Part shown: positions 19,252 through 28,751 of the stretch, piece after piece
Position numbering within the stretch: the stretch's first letter is position 1
How the letters are laid out: every line of letters begins with the position of its first letter
From: Bdellovibrionales bacterium
Lineage (GTDB): Bacteria; Bdellovibrionota_C; UBA2361; SZUA-149; JAGRAN01
Reading direction: 5' to 3'
Assembly: GCA_020434585.1 (NCBI GenBank)
Contig: JAGRAN010000007.1
Coordinates: forward strand, 19,239-83,238
DNA length: 64,000 nt
The notes under the pieces: model-generated
Told to the model about the DNA's origin: nothing
What the model saw: only the letters and a program-made list of their open reading frames with translations
Database searches by the model: none
Position numbers and translations under genes: made by a program

Positions 19252-19878
19252 CTAAGCGAACCCTATTTGAACCGAAACCAATTTGCCCTCTTCGTCGGCA
19301 AGGAACTCTGGCTCCAAACCATAAGCCGACATAAAACAGTAGCAAACGAGAACCTTCATATGTTCAAGCGAAGGCGTGCGCCCGACAATCGAAATCGCGC
19401 GAGCCACCCTCCCCTCGCAACAAAACGGACCAAAAGAAACACTCAAACCGCAACAATTTCCCTCTGGTCCAACGATCGTGTCAAAAACGCAAGTCGGTAA
19501 AGTTCCAAAACCTCTGGAAGCCCAATGCCTACAGCTATCGACAAAAAGTTCCAGAAGATCGAGGTTCACACCCTTTGAAATCGATCCTCTCTCCGTCTGG
19601 AAAGTAGATTCAAAAGCTGTAGTCAGCCGATCTTTGAGAATCTTGATCTCTGAAATGACTTTGCCTCCAACGAACGCTTCCTTCGCTGCGGTAAAAACTT
19701 CGACAACTTCTCTAATCATTACGATCGAATCTTTTGCATCAACGATATCTTCAAAATTTAATGAAGCTCCATCAAGCAGATCATCCAGCGCACATTCTAA
19801 GACAAATAGCGGACTACGAACGGCATGCTCGATGTCAGCGAGGACTGCACACATCTGTATTTGCTTTAACTTACCCAT
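19252..19878 (-). CDS. Hypothetical protein immediately downstream of the J-domain gene
   Basis: 208 aa, starting 4 nt after the J-protein stop. Its composition is more protein-like than the overlapping plus-strand ORF 19376..19885. Confidence 0.4.
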   Translation of the reverse strand: MGKLKQIQMCAVLADIEHAVRSPLFVLECALDDLLDGASLNFEDIVDAKDSIVMIREVVEVFTAAKEAFVGGKVISEIKILKDRLTTAFESTFQTERGSISKGVNLDLLELFVDSCRHWASRGFGTLPTCVFDTIVGPEGNCCGLSVSFGPFCCEGRVARAISIVGRTPSLEHMKVLVCYCFMSAYGLEPEFLADEEGKLVSVQIGFA

Positions 19879-19881
19879 CCC

Positions 19882-21321
19882 TTAAAACTTGCGGAGCAGC
19901 TCTATGGCGTTTCCATAATCTTCACGCAGTTTAACCAACTCCTCAATCGAGCCAGTTCCGGTGTCGGGGTGCAGCTCTTTGATTCTCCTGCGGTACCGTC
20001 TTCTCAAGTCCTTTACACCGGCCCAAGGGGGAAGCCCCAGGGTAGAGCATGCTCGCGCTACCAGCCTTGCTTCATCTTGACTAAGCCGATTAAGCACAGC
20101 AGTTTCCTCCATGTCAGATCGCAAATAAAAACGACACAGCAGGGTCGCGAGAGCCAGAATAGTAAGCCCAAACACGCTAAGAACGGCACCGGTCGAACTG
20201 CCACTCAAATTCCAAGAGAGGAACTCTGCCTCACCTGATTGGACCGCAATCGTTCTCAATTTGTCGCTGCGCGGAATAACACTAGAATCAATGCGTGCGG
20301 CTTCTTGTAAAAAACTAAGCGCTAACGACGGAGATTTACCTATCAGCGCCTCAGCATTGCGATGCCAGCTTACTACAATCGCATGCTTCAACGCTTCATC
20401 CCTCTGCGATACACGCGACACACGAGCCAATTGCTTCGGCGACAGAATGGGACGACTCGGGTCTAGGATCTTATACAATGCCTCAATTAGCTGCGGAGTA
20501 ATATAATCAGCTTCGATAAAGTCCCCGATTCTATTTATAACGAACTCTTGCGTCACATTGTGCAACTCGACGTCCCGGAACGTACTGTGGGCGACAATTT
20601 TACGAACAATTCGGTCGCTCGTAGAAAGTGGTTTCCTGGCCGTCTCACATAAGGTCAACTTGATATCTTGCAGGCAATCACGAAGTACTTTCACTGCAGC
20701 GTTAAATAAGCGGGAAAAATCTACTCCCGCTGTTTTAACAGCTCTCTGGTACGCAGAAATTTGCTTCTCAAGCGTCGTTCCACTTAGATCTTCCAAAGAA
20801 GCCAGGAGCACTTGGAGGCGCTGATTGCGTTCGAGCCGCAGAACTAACAGCGCAAACAACTGCGGATTACTCTCAATATCTAAGCTAACGGCGTCATAAA
20901 ACTGGCGCCATCTTAAGTCTGACATTCCCTCACCTTCAACCAGACGCGCCAGACTCTGGGCGTGATGGGAAATCAGAAACTCGACGTTCTTTTGCGTTAG
21001 CGGTGATACAGCATCGCTGCGTAAAAGGTGTCTGAGTGCTATAATTTGTACACCTACTTCAGCTTGCTCGCTATGTAGCAAGTTTATCAGATCGCGTTCC
21101 GAGACTTTGCTTCTCGTTTGCACGGCGCGGTCTAAGTATTCACGCAGCAGAGCCTGACATTGTACGAATTGACTCCTAACCCCATGACTCACAATGCATT
21201 GAGACTCATTTACCTGTTTGCACCTCTCACAACTAACGGCTATTCCCAAGACTTCCACTTGTGCGCTAGCTGACTGCACAATTAGAATCAAACCTGTTGT
21301 GAAGATTGTCAGGTATCTCAT
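19882..21321 (-). CDS. Membrane-anchored J-domain protein with a large N-terminal extracytoplasmic domain (DjlA-like topology)
   Basis: It has a signal peptide (MRYLTIFTTGLILIVQSASA), about 390 aa of alpha-helical domain, one TM helix (AVLSVFGLTILALATLLCRFYL) and a C-terminal J-domain (KDLRRRYRRRIKELHPDTG, containing the HPD motif). Confidence 0.6.
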   Translation of the reverse strand: MRYLTIFTTGLILIVQSASAQVEVLGIAVSCERCKQVNESQCIVSHGVRSQFVQCQALLREYLDRAVQTRSKVSERDLINLLHSEQAEVGVQIIALRHLLRSDAVSPLTQKNVEFLISHHAQSLARLVEGEGMSDLRWRQFYDAVSLDIESNPQLFALLVLRLERNQRLQVLLASLEDLSGTTLEKQISAYQRAVKTAGVDFSRLFNAAVKVLRDCLQDIKLTLCETARKPLSTSDRIVRKIVAHSTFRDVELHNVTQEFVINRIGDFIEADYITPQLIEALYKILDPSRPILSPKQLARVSRVSQRDEALKHAIVVSWHRNAEALIGKSPSLALSFLQEAARIDSSVIPRSDKLRTIAVQSGEAEFLSWNLSGSSTGAVLSVFGLTILALATLLCRFYLRSDMEETAVLNRLSQDEARLVARACSTLGLPPWAGVKDLRRRYRRRIKELHPDTGTGSIEELVKLREDYGNAIELLRKF

Positions 21322-21362
21322 GCGTTAAGACCTACTCACTAGCGTTCAAATTTTGTAAAAGC

Positions 21363-23207
21363 TCATGCATCGCTCAATACGCGATTAACCGCATTGCGCA
21401 GCGCATGCTTGTCAAAAGGCTTTTCAAGCATTGCGAGTTTGTCTCGTTCGTGAAAAATGCCACGCGCTCCGCGCAAATTCGCTCCACTTGCAACAATAAC
21501 TGGAACTTCCGAATCCAGCTCATTTAGAAAGTCAGTTGCGCTGGTGTCACCCAATTGAACGTCAGATATGACGAGATCGGGTTTCGCCTTGGCAAAGCTC
21601 CTCCTGGCCTGCTCCACGTTCTCCGCTTCGAAAACTTCATCAACCAGACTGCCAAGCTGGCGAATCATTGCTCTACGTGCAGCTCCATCATCGTCCAAAA
21701 CAAGTGCTTTTATCCCAGACGAGCGCCACTTCGATTCAACTACAAGCTGTCCAGTTTTCATTCTGACGGCAAACATGGCTCCGCCAAGAGAGCTTCTTGT
21801 GTAGCTAAGCGAACCGCCACTCGCTTCCACCAATAGCTTTGAGACAGCGAGGCCCAGGCCTGTGCCTTGGACTCCACCTGAACGACTAAATCTATTGAAA
21901 GGCTTAAAAAGTTCGCCAAGGTTTTCAGACGCAATTCCAGGTCCGCTGTCGCTGACGCTTAAATCCACCCAATCGCCCGCTCGAACTGCCTCAATTAAGA
22001 TCTGTCCACCGCCACCATACTTAATTGCGTTGGAAAGAAGATTTGAAAGAACACGGGACAAATGAAGTTCATCAGCTAAAACAGTCATATCAATCGGTAT
22101 TCTTAACGAAAGCTCCACTCCTCTGTTGGTAAGCAGTATTTTTTCTCGCTCAACGACTTCCTCAACGACTGTGCTCAACCTGAAAGATGCTCGATTGGAA
22201 GTGAGACGGCCATGCCGGTACCTTGCGAAGTCCAACAAATCGCAGACCATTCGATGCTGCTCTCTTACCGCGTGATCAACAATTCGCAGGTGCGTGTTCC
22301 GCTCCTGCTCATCGAGCGGCCTACCCACACACAGTAATGCATCGAGCGCATACATCGCACTGTTGCCAGGCGCCTTTAAGTCGTGGGATATTCCGAGAAT
22401 AACGTCCCGATCGAAACTTTCATCACTTACTCGCTTTTCCGCTGCTTTTGCTGCCAGGAGCAGGGAGCAAACATGAGCCGTCATTGCTTCAAGAACTTCT
22501 AATCGTATTCCCTCTAACTGCGAACAGGTAGTTCTAAGGCCGACCCAAATGAGTGAATTTGAGACAACTGCTTCGTCAACCGGACAAAAAAGAACCTCTC
22601 TGCTTATTCCGAAAAGATTTAAGCCTTTATCATCGACCGGTGCCGCAATGAAGCGATCATTGGCACCATTTGGAGAGCCAAAGTCCAGTTTACGTTGAAC
22701 ATGTTCAAGAATCACCTGCTCAAGCCGACCCTTAAATGCCCCACAAAGGGCTTCCACTTGCAGGCTTCCTCCTTCGCCATCGCTATTGATCCAAGCTACA
22801 GCTACGACATCCGGCTCAAATTCACGGAAAATCATGCCTAGCAGATCCTGCGCAAGCGTTGATGCGCTTTCGAACATTGTCGCCTGGGCAACACTTCTTT
22901 TCCATGCGCGAACCAAATCAAAATTATTCGCCGCACCCCCCCCTCTATCGAGTGCCAGCGCTTTAATAAGGTGCCAAATATGTTCTGCTCGGGCCATTGT
23001 GAAGGCACCTCGCTTTGGAAGCGGCTTTCCATGCAGCGCGTTTACGAAGGCATATCTCAGGTAGTCAAAGTCGTGCCGTACTCGAATAAGCAAAATAAGC
23101 AACGTTACAGCAACAAACGTTATCAAAACTGAGCCCGTAAGGAAGACGCTTTCGATTAAGGAATCGTTCCCAAACTGAAGAGAACTAAATAGCATGACTG
23201 AAGTCAC
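21363..23207 (-). CDS. Hybrid sensor histidine kinase / response regulator
   Basis: N-terminal TM, H-box HDLKAPGNSAMYAL, HATPase_c G-boxes (DSGPGI, GTGLGLAV), and a C-terminal REC domain (LVLDDDG...VISDVQLGD). Confidence 0.85.
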   Translation of the reverse strand: MTSVMLFSSLQFGNDSLIESVFLTGSVLITFVAVTLLILLIRVRHDFDYLRYAFVNALHGKPLPKRGAFTMARAEHIWHLIKALALDRGGGAANNFDLVRAWKRSVAQATMFESASTLAQDLLGMIFREFEPDVVAVAWINSDGEGGSLQVEALCGAFKGRLEQVILEHVQRKLDFGSPNGANDRFIAAPVDDKGLNLFGISREVLFCPVDEAVVSNSLIWVGLRTTCSQLEGIRLEVLEAMTAHVCSLLLAAKAAEKRVSDESFDRDVILGISHDLKAPGNSAMYALDALLCVGRPLDEQERNTHLRIVDHAVREQHRMVCDLLDFARYRHGRLTSNRASFRLSTVVEEVVEREKILLTNRGVELSLRIPIDMTVLADELHLSRVLSNLLSNAIKYGGGGQILIEAVRAGDWVDLSVSDSGPGIASENLGELFKPFNRFSRSGGVQGTGLGLAVSKLLVEASGGSLSYTRSSLGGAMFAVRMKTGQLVVESKWRSSGIKALVLDDDGAARRAMIRQLGSLVDEVFEAENVEQARRSFAKAKPDLVISDVQLGDTSATDFLNELDSEVPVIVASGANLRGARGIFHERDKLAMLEKPFDKHALRNAVNRVLSDA

Positions 23208-24402
23208 TTCTCGTACGATAGCCGCGGCATATTAAATTTTGTGACCACGCCAACAATACTTCGGGATTCGCACATTTCCGCACGATCGCATCAGCACCGC
23301 CAGCTGCCGCATCCAAGTCCACACGCTCGCTGTCGTCCGAAGTTAGCATCAGAACTGGTACCGTGACACCTTGCTTCCGAATCTCTACAGTAAACTCGAT
23401 CCCGTCAATCTTGGGCATATGAACGTCGCACACTACTAGGATTGGAAGGTCTCCAGTTTCATTCAACCAATCAATTGCCTCCATTCCACTCGACTTATGA
23501 ACAACCGAATATCCTTTGGACGTAAAAAGTTTACTAAGAACCAGGCTGAACCGATCATCGTCTTCGATAAGTAAAATCACTTTGCCACTAGGTTGAACGT
23601 AACTTGGACGAACCTCCCATCCGGCTTGACGAACCGATTCACATTTATTTACAGAAGCAATGGGTCGATTTTTGCCCCAAGTAAGAGTAACTCCTCCACC
23701 GCCGTTCGGGTGATACTTGATGTTAATGGTTCGTCCAGCGACTCTCACGTTGTTCTGGTTACTCGAACGACGGCTGAAGCTCTCATACAATGATGGATGT
23801 ATGTTACCTGTATAAACTTGCCGTCCAACTCTGCATTCGTATTCATTCGTCGTACCGAAACCAAGCAGCAGACTCGTCGCCCCGACCGCTTCGCAGTCAG
23901 CGATCAGCTTTTCCAGTAATAGCGACTGCTCCACTACCGATAATTGCTGCTCCCCGTTATTGGCCACATTGAAGAACTGGTTCCACGCGTCTCCTATGAT
24001 GGAAGGCAAACCAACCGCCAGATCGACATTTAGTCTTGAGAACTCCTTGATTGAAACACGCCACGGGTCAGCCGCTACTAGCCTGTATTCAGCTGATTCA
24101 TTTACTGGACGCTGGGGAATAATATACTCCCGGCGCATAATTTCAGGATCTAAACCACACCTTGCAACCAACTTTTTGGAAGGAACGTGACATCGAAGGC
24201 TTGGCTCCAGGCTAATCCGATGAGCTACCTGCTCAGCAAGCACCCCGCCAAGTTTACTTTCAGCTTTGACATAAAGCTCAACATCACAGAAGCGTTCGTA
24301 ATCCGCCTGCGTAAGTATGCTCGAACTGACTACCTGACTAAGGGCCTCCCTCAAAGACCGCGGTTTGGAGAAGAGCCTGAAATGATCGAGTATCCGCCGC
24401 AA
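23185..24402 (-). CDS. Response regulator with a C-terminal REC domain and an N-terminal T2SSE_N/MshEN-like region
   Basis: The REC domain is clear: KVILLIEDDD...LVVCDVHMPKIDG...LMLTSDD. The N-terminal 170 aa loosely resemble the GspE N-terminal domain (…LVARCGLDPEIMRREYIIP…), and a Gly-rich middle segment follows. The N-terminal call is inference. Confidence 0.65.
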   Translation of the reverse strand: MRRILDHFRLFSKPRSLREALSQVVSSSILTQADYERFCDVELYVKAESKLGGVLAEQVAHRISLEPSLRCHVPSKKLVARCGLDPEIMRREYIIPQRPVNESAEYRLVAADPWRVSIKEFSRLNVDLAVGLPSIIGDAWNQFFNVANNGEQQLSVVEQSLLLEKLIADCEAVGATSLLLGFGTTNEYECRVGRQVYTGNIHPSLYESFSRRSSNQNNVRVAGRTINIKYHPNGGGGVTLTWGKNRPIASVNKCESVRQAGWEVRPSYVQPSGKVILLIEDDDRFSLVLSKLFTSKGYSVVHKSSGMEAIDWLNETGDLPILVVCDVHMPKIDGIEFTVEIRKQGVTVPVLMLTSDDSERVDLDAAAGGADAIVRKCANPEVLLAWSQNLICRGYRTRSDFSHAI

Positions 24403-24405
24403 CTT

Positions 24406-25317
24406 TTAAAGCTCCTGTTCAAGTGAACCAGCCTGAACTTTTTGACTTTCAAGAGAAGTCATTACATCCAGAAGAGGCGCGAGAGGTGCTGCCGCTACAA
24501 GGCACAACAATCCCATAATTGACACGAACACTGGGAATACAACCAAATTTTCAAGCCGCTTAACTCTCGACTCGACGGACGTTCGCCATTCGTTGTGCGC
24601 ATGGTCGCCCAAACTCCGCAAACTGGGTATCAGCTCCCCGCCTTCGTTGCCTGAAATATCCAGATGCATTAAGACATGCCGCAGAACCTTGTGTGGCAAT
24701 GCATCTGAAACCTCTTTCAGTGCTGAGCCAAACGACATCCCGGATGCTGATAGTTCGTATACTTCAGAGATAATTCTGAGGATCGGATCTCGTCGCTTAC
24801 CATTTCGTGCGCGCACAATTTCGTGCAAGGCAGGCAAAATACCAAGCCCACTCTCGACTAGTAGTATTAACGATTCAACCAAAAGCGGAGCGCCGTATAG
24901 AATATTTCTATCTAATTCTGCGCTTCGGTAGCGAAGAATCAGCAAGTAAATCATAACGCCGACATAAGCCCCGAGAAAAATTAGTCCAACTTGGCTCCAT
25001 ACGGAATCCTGCAAGCACCCAAGCGCAATGCCGCAGGCTGTAGTGGAAGCAAGTAAAGCGCAAAATAGTGCGAAAGCGCTGCGTCGTTCTGATTTGCTAA
25101 AAAATCCTGCCCTGCCGAGACGATCTCCTATTCCGGGGAGGAAGAGCCTGAGGTCCTTTAAATGCTGTCTCACGACTTTGTTATCTGCTTCTTGCTCTCC
25201 CTTAGCTAGCTGTTCAAGTCGCTCAAGCTCCGTAGTGATCGACTGTCGCCGATCAATAAGCAAGCTAAATAGCCAAAGTGCACTGGAGCCCAATAGAAAC
25301 GTAGCCGAATTTATCAC
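24406..25317 (-). CDS. tadC: TadC (T2SSF-family inner-membrane platform protein)
   Basis: Three TM segments, a cytoplasmic helical T2SSF domain and its position in the Tad operon. Confidence 0.75.
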   Translation of the reverse strand: MINSATFLLGSSALWLFSLLIDRRQSITTELERLEQLAKGEQEADNKVVRQHLKDLRLFLPGIGDRLGRAGFFSKSERRSAFALFCALLASTTACGIALGCLQDSVWSQVGLIFLGAYVGVMIYLLILRYRSAELDRNILYGAPLLVESLILLVESGLGILPALHEIVRARNGKRRDPILRIISEVYELSASGMSFGSALKEVSDALPHKVLRHVLMHLDISGNEGGELIPSLRSLGDHAHNEWRTSVESRVKRLENLVVFPVFVSIMGLLCLVAAAPLAPLLDVMTSLESQKVQAGSLEQEL

Positions 25318-26177
25318 GGTTTAAACGCGCTCAATCTTCTTACCCAAAGGTAGCCTCCTACTATGCAGGTGACACCAACTGTAGCAGCAGTATTTGCAAC
25401 TGAATCGTTAAGTAAAGTTTCCCAGAAAGACGCTGATCGCAGCGATACAATCATCAAAATAATTGGAGCTATTACCAAGAGAACGTTAGAAGTCATCCTC
25501 ATGGTCGACGTGCTCACTTTCGCGGCCCCAAGGAGACAAATTCTGTCACGTGTGACTTTAGCCAAACGCTCGAGGGTCGGCGCAAATCGCCCCCCATTGT
25601 TAGCTGCAAGTAAATATGCCGCCCGAAAGAGCTCAATATCCGGCAGCCTAATTCTTGCGGCAAAGCGGGCTATCGCTTCTTCTTTCGAGACACCTTTCCC
25701 CGTAGCCTCTAACAGCTTCTCCACCTCCTCGCGCACTACACTTGTTTTTGGCATAAGCTGAATCGCCCTTTCCATCGCACATTCGACGGTGTGTCCTGCC
25801 TTTATGCTAGAAGCAGCAGCAAGAAGGAGAGTCGGATAGTCCTCGGAGAATCTAGAGGATTTAGATTGTATTCTCGAATCAATCCAACCAAACGGCATGC
25901 TTGCCACTCCTGCGGCAATTAGCGGTAAAAGGAATTCGTTAACAAACGGAGCAGCCATCGCGGCGCTTCCTACAGAAAATATGGAAATTGTCAGCAGAAA
26001 TACTGGAGCCGATATAGGAAGCTCAGCTTGCCACAACACCTTTGCTAAGCCTTGCTTTGGTTTGTTGTAGGCGATGCTCTTTTCGGCAATGATGCCGCAG
26101 TGCTGCATCTCCGGATCGCTTTCACAAAGTAAATATGTCCGTCGCAAGGCGTTTCGATTGCTACCCTGACCAATCAT
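25314..26177 (-). CDS. tadB: TadB (T2SSF-family inner-membrane platform protein)
   Basis: T2SSF-like composition. It overlaps tadC by 4 nt and is tightly coupled to tadA. Confidence 0.75.
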   Translation of the reverse strand: MIGQGSNRNALRRTYLLCESDPEMQHCGIIAEKSIAYNKPKQGLAKVLWQAELPISAPVFLLTISIFSVGSAAMAAPFVNEFLLPLIAAGVASMPFGWIDSRIQSKSSRFSEDYPTLLLAAASSIKAGHTVECAMERAIQLMPKTSVVREEVEKLLEATGKGVSKEEAIARFAARIRLPDIELFRAAYLLAANNGGRFAPTLERLAKVTRDRICLLGAAKVSTSTMRMTSNVLLVIAPIILMIVSLRSASFWETLLNDSVANTAATVGVTCIVGGYLWVRRLSAFKP

Positions 26178-27553
26178 CAGTGAAGATTCCTGTAAAGCGC
26201 TTCCGCTGGAAAGGCAAGTTCAGTGCCAGGTTCCGGCAAAGTGAGTCCGCTTTCAGTCAGTCTCTCGGAAAACTGAGAAATTCCTGACAATCTGTCCCAA
26301 ATCGGAAACTGATGTGACTCTCTCAGGCGAAAAATCGGTGACAGCTGAATGACTTTTTCCCCTGCGGGATGCATCTCGACTACTTCTGCAATTCGCCTTT
26401 TCTGATTTTTTGAATCAACTGCAAGAAAGACGACAACTGACAGGGCATTTGCGATCTGGCGCCGAATTGCTCCAATATCCACTGCGGGCTGTGCGCGAGC
26501 GAGAAACAGCTCAAGCCTACCAACCGCATCTTTCGCACTCCTTGCATGAATGGTTGAGAAGCCGGGATGCCCAGACGCACAAACATCAATGAATGCCTCA
26601 GCCGCATCAGAATCTCTCATCTCGCCTAAAATGATTCGATTCATTGCCATTCTCATTCCTGCGCGAATCGCTTGGGCAGGTGTGATCCGCCCGACCCCCT
26701 CGGTGTTGGCTTCGCGAGTAAGCAGCGTGCGAACAAAGTCCCTTTCCAAAAGAATCTCGTGGGTATCCTCAATGCACAGAATTGCCTCTCGCTCGTCTAT
26801 CGCTGCTGCGAGCGCACGAACTAGAGTAGTCTTCCCGGTACCCACCTCGCCTGCTATCAAAATTGTTGCGTCGGTATAATGAGCAAGCCCCTGCAGGTAG
26901 TTAAGCACTGACTCTGGGGCCAGCTCCCACGCGGCTAAGTCCGCAACGCTTACATTCTTATGTCTTGCAACACGCAGGGTAAGCATAGGCCCAGAGCCTG
27001 GGGGCGAGAACGATTTGTGTGTGACGCAGGCGCGCACGTGTGTGTCAACAGCAGCGTCAACTACAGGTGTTGCCGTAGTGCATGCTTTTCCAACTCGCTT
27101 TAACAAATTCTCAACGAAAGATTCGTACGATTCTTGACTTGTAAAGGCATAATCCGTCGAGACGTTATGTCGTCTAGTTTGAATGCTTATGTCATCGTAA
27201 GAACGGACTATAATGTCGTTCACATCAGAGTTTGTTACGAGTGGTGTTAGGACATCGTAATTTTGTAGTGCGGTAGCGAGCGCAGACAAAGCTGTTTTAC
27301 GCTCTCTTTCTGTTAGTTGCTCGCCTTCTTCTTCTTCGACTGACTTAATCAGCTTCATTAATTCGACATCGCTCATCTCGGCTGTTGAGATGTCGCCTTG
27401 AGAACGACCGACCCTCTCTTTAGCACGCTGAACGACGTAACTTGTCGTTGTAGTAAGTGACCTTTGCAATCCGCCGGAGCTTGCCGCCCGTGAATTAGTT
27501 GCTCGTCGAAAATAATTTGCACGTATTTGCTCTGCCGTAAGTTTAACTGACAT
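26177..27553 (-). CDS. tadA: TadA/CpaF secretion ATPase (VirB11/GspE superfamily)
   Basis: Walker A GEVGTGKTT. Asp and His boxes, typical of type II/IV secretion NTPases, lie in the C-terminal half. Confidence 0.9.
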   Translation of the reverse strand: MSVKLTAEQIRANYFRRATNSRAASSGGLQRSLTTTTSYVVQRAKERVGRSQGDISTAEMSDVELMKLIKSVEEEEGEQLTERERKTALSALATALQNYDVLTPLVTNSDVNDIIVRSYDDISIQTRRHNVSTDYAFTSQESYESFVENLLKRVGKACTTATPVVDAAVDTHVRACVTHKSFSPPGSGPMLTLRVARHKNVSVADLAAWELAPESVLNYLQGLAHYTDATILIAGEVGTGKTTLVRALAAAIDEREAILCIEDTHEILLERDFVRTLLTREANTEGVGRITPAQAIRAGMRMAMNRIILGEMRDSDAAEAFIDVCASGHPGFSTIHARSAKDAVGRLELFLARAQPAVDIGAIRRQIANALSVVVFLAVDSKNQKRRIAEVVEMHPAGEKVIQLSPIFRLRESHQFPIWDRLSGISQFSERLTESGLTLPEPGTELAFPAEALYRNLH

Positions 27554-27571
27554 GGCACCGTTCCACAGAAG

Positions 27572-28444
27572 TTAGCTTTGTTGCTCAACCCAGCGTGTTT
27601 GATCAACTAAATAGTAAACCTTTCCGTCAGGCCCCTTCGCCACACCTTGATAGTCGATTTTTTTCGGCACCGCCTGTCGATCCATCAGCTGCGATTGCTC
27701 AACAAGATGTACATTTGTAGGGAGCTGATCATCAGCTCCGCGCAGAGAAAACGTCAGGCGCCCAATGTTTGCAGCAGTTTTGATTCGCAATGCATCTTCC
27801 TGCGAAACCAGAAGTGTTACGGTGCGCGGCGCTTTTGGAGCAGAACTTCCAGCAGTAAGCGGATCTACCGATCTACCTGCGGATAGTATACGAACATTTT
27901 CAGCAATTACTTTTGACTGCAGACTTCCTTTTGAGGTGCCATCACTCCTAATCACAATGACATCTACAAAGCTTCCCGATCGCGCCCAACCCTCAACCGC
28001 ACTTTCCTCGTCCACTCGGACCGTAATTGCCCGCATACCCTGCGGAATATTTTCTACTACAGCATTTGTATCAACTGCAGTCTCGTTCAGCGATGCAATT
28101 GGCACAGGTATCCCGGCGGGAAGAGATGTCGAGGTAATGCTTGCTTTGTGCAACGCAACGTTTCTCAAGAAACCCTTATCTACTTTCGAGCTAGGCCAAG
28201 ATGCCATAGTAAACGGAATGTTTTGCAGCCGTTCGCCTTTCGCTACAGACCTAACCGGCACCGGAACGAGCACCCCTTCGTCTTCAGTTACAACTTGTAC
28301 GGGAGTCGGAGCTGTTTTCGATGCTTCGGCATTCGGACGTCCGCCGTAAATCACGATTGCCGCAATTGCGATCGCTAGCGTAGTGACAGCTGAGTACGAC
28401 AACTGGGAGCGACTCCTAATTCGCCGTGGAAGCCTTTTCTTCAT
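27572..28444 (-). CDS. cpaB: CpaB/RcpC Flp-pilus assembly protein
   Basis: N-terminal TM anchor, then SAF-like and RcpC-like beta-rich domains. Adjacent to the pilin and tadA. Confidence 0.7.
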   Translation of the reverse strand: MKKRLPRRIRSRSQLSYSAVTTLAIAIAAIVIYGGRPNAEASKTAPTPVQVVTEDEGVLVPVPVRSVAKGERLQNIPFTMASWPSSKVDKGFLRNVALHKASITSTSLPAGIPVPIASLNETAVDTNAVVENIPQGMRAITVRVDEESAVEGWARSGSFVDVIVIRSDGTSKGSLQSKVIAENVRILSAGRSVDPLTAGSSAPKAPRTVTLLVSQEDALRIKTAANIGRLTFSLRGADDQLPTNVHLVEQSQLMDRQAVPKKIDYQGVAKGPDGKVYYLVDQTRWVEQQS

Positions 28445-28491
28445 TGCTCTGTCTCGAGTATACGTTTGCTACTAGTGATTCATATCGCGGC

Positions 28492-28671
28492 TCATCCTAA
28501 ACCTGATGGCGGAGCATTGAAGCCGACATTAGTTAAATACGAGCTAATATTACCGTAAAAGGCAGTTAACCCAGCACCTATGCCTACCACCGCAGCGACA
28601 AATAAGATCTGCTCCAAGGACAGGCTTCCCTTTTCTTCCTTCGCTTTTGCTTTTGTATTTGGTCGTTTCAT
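28492..28671 (-). CDS. flp: Flp-type pilin (59 aa), not present in the ORF track
   Basis: AGGAGA 6 nt upstream of the ATG. The product is MKRPNTKAKAKEEKG|SLSLEQILFVAAVVGIGAGLTAFYGNISSYLTNVGFNAPPSGLG: a basic leader, Gly at -1, Glu at +5 and a hydrophobic helix, which is the class-III (TadV-processed) prepilin signature. It sits 47 bp upstream of cpaB. Confidence 0.55.
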   Translation of the reverse strand: MKRPNTKAKAKEEKGSLSLEQILFVAAVVGIGAGLTAFYGNISSYLTNVGFNAPPSGLG

Positions 28672-28751
28672 TTTCTATCTCCTATTGGATACAACAGTGT
28701 GTCCGTGGACGGTTTTACCTCGCAACCAATCGGAACCTTTTGCCTGAACGT

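Noticed and set aside
19042-19885. Plus-strand ORFs 19042..19500 and 19376..19885
   Set aside because: They overlap a more protein-like minus-strand gene and an intergenic region, have no Shine-Dalgarno, and show Ser/Thr/Lys-rich random-like sequence.
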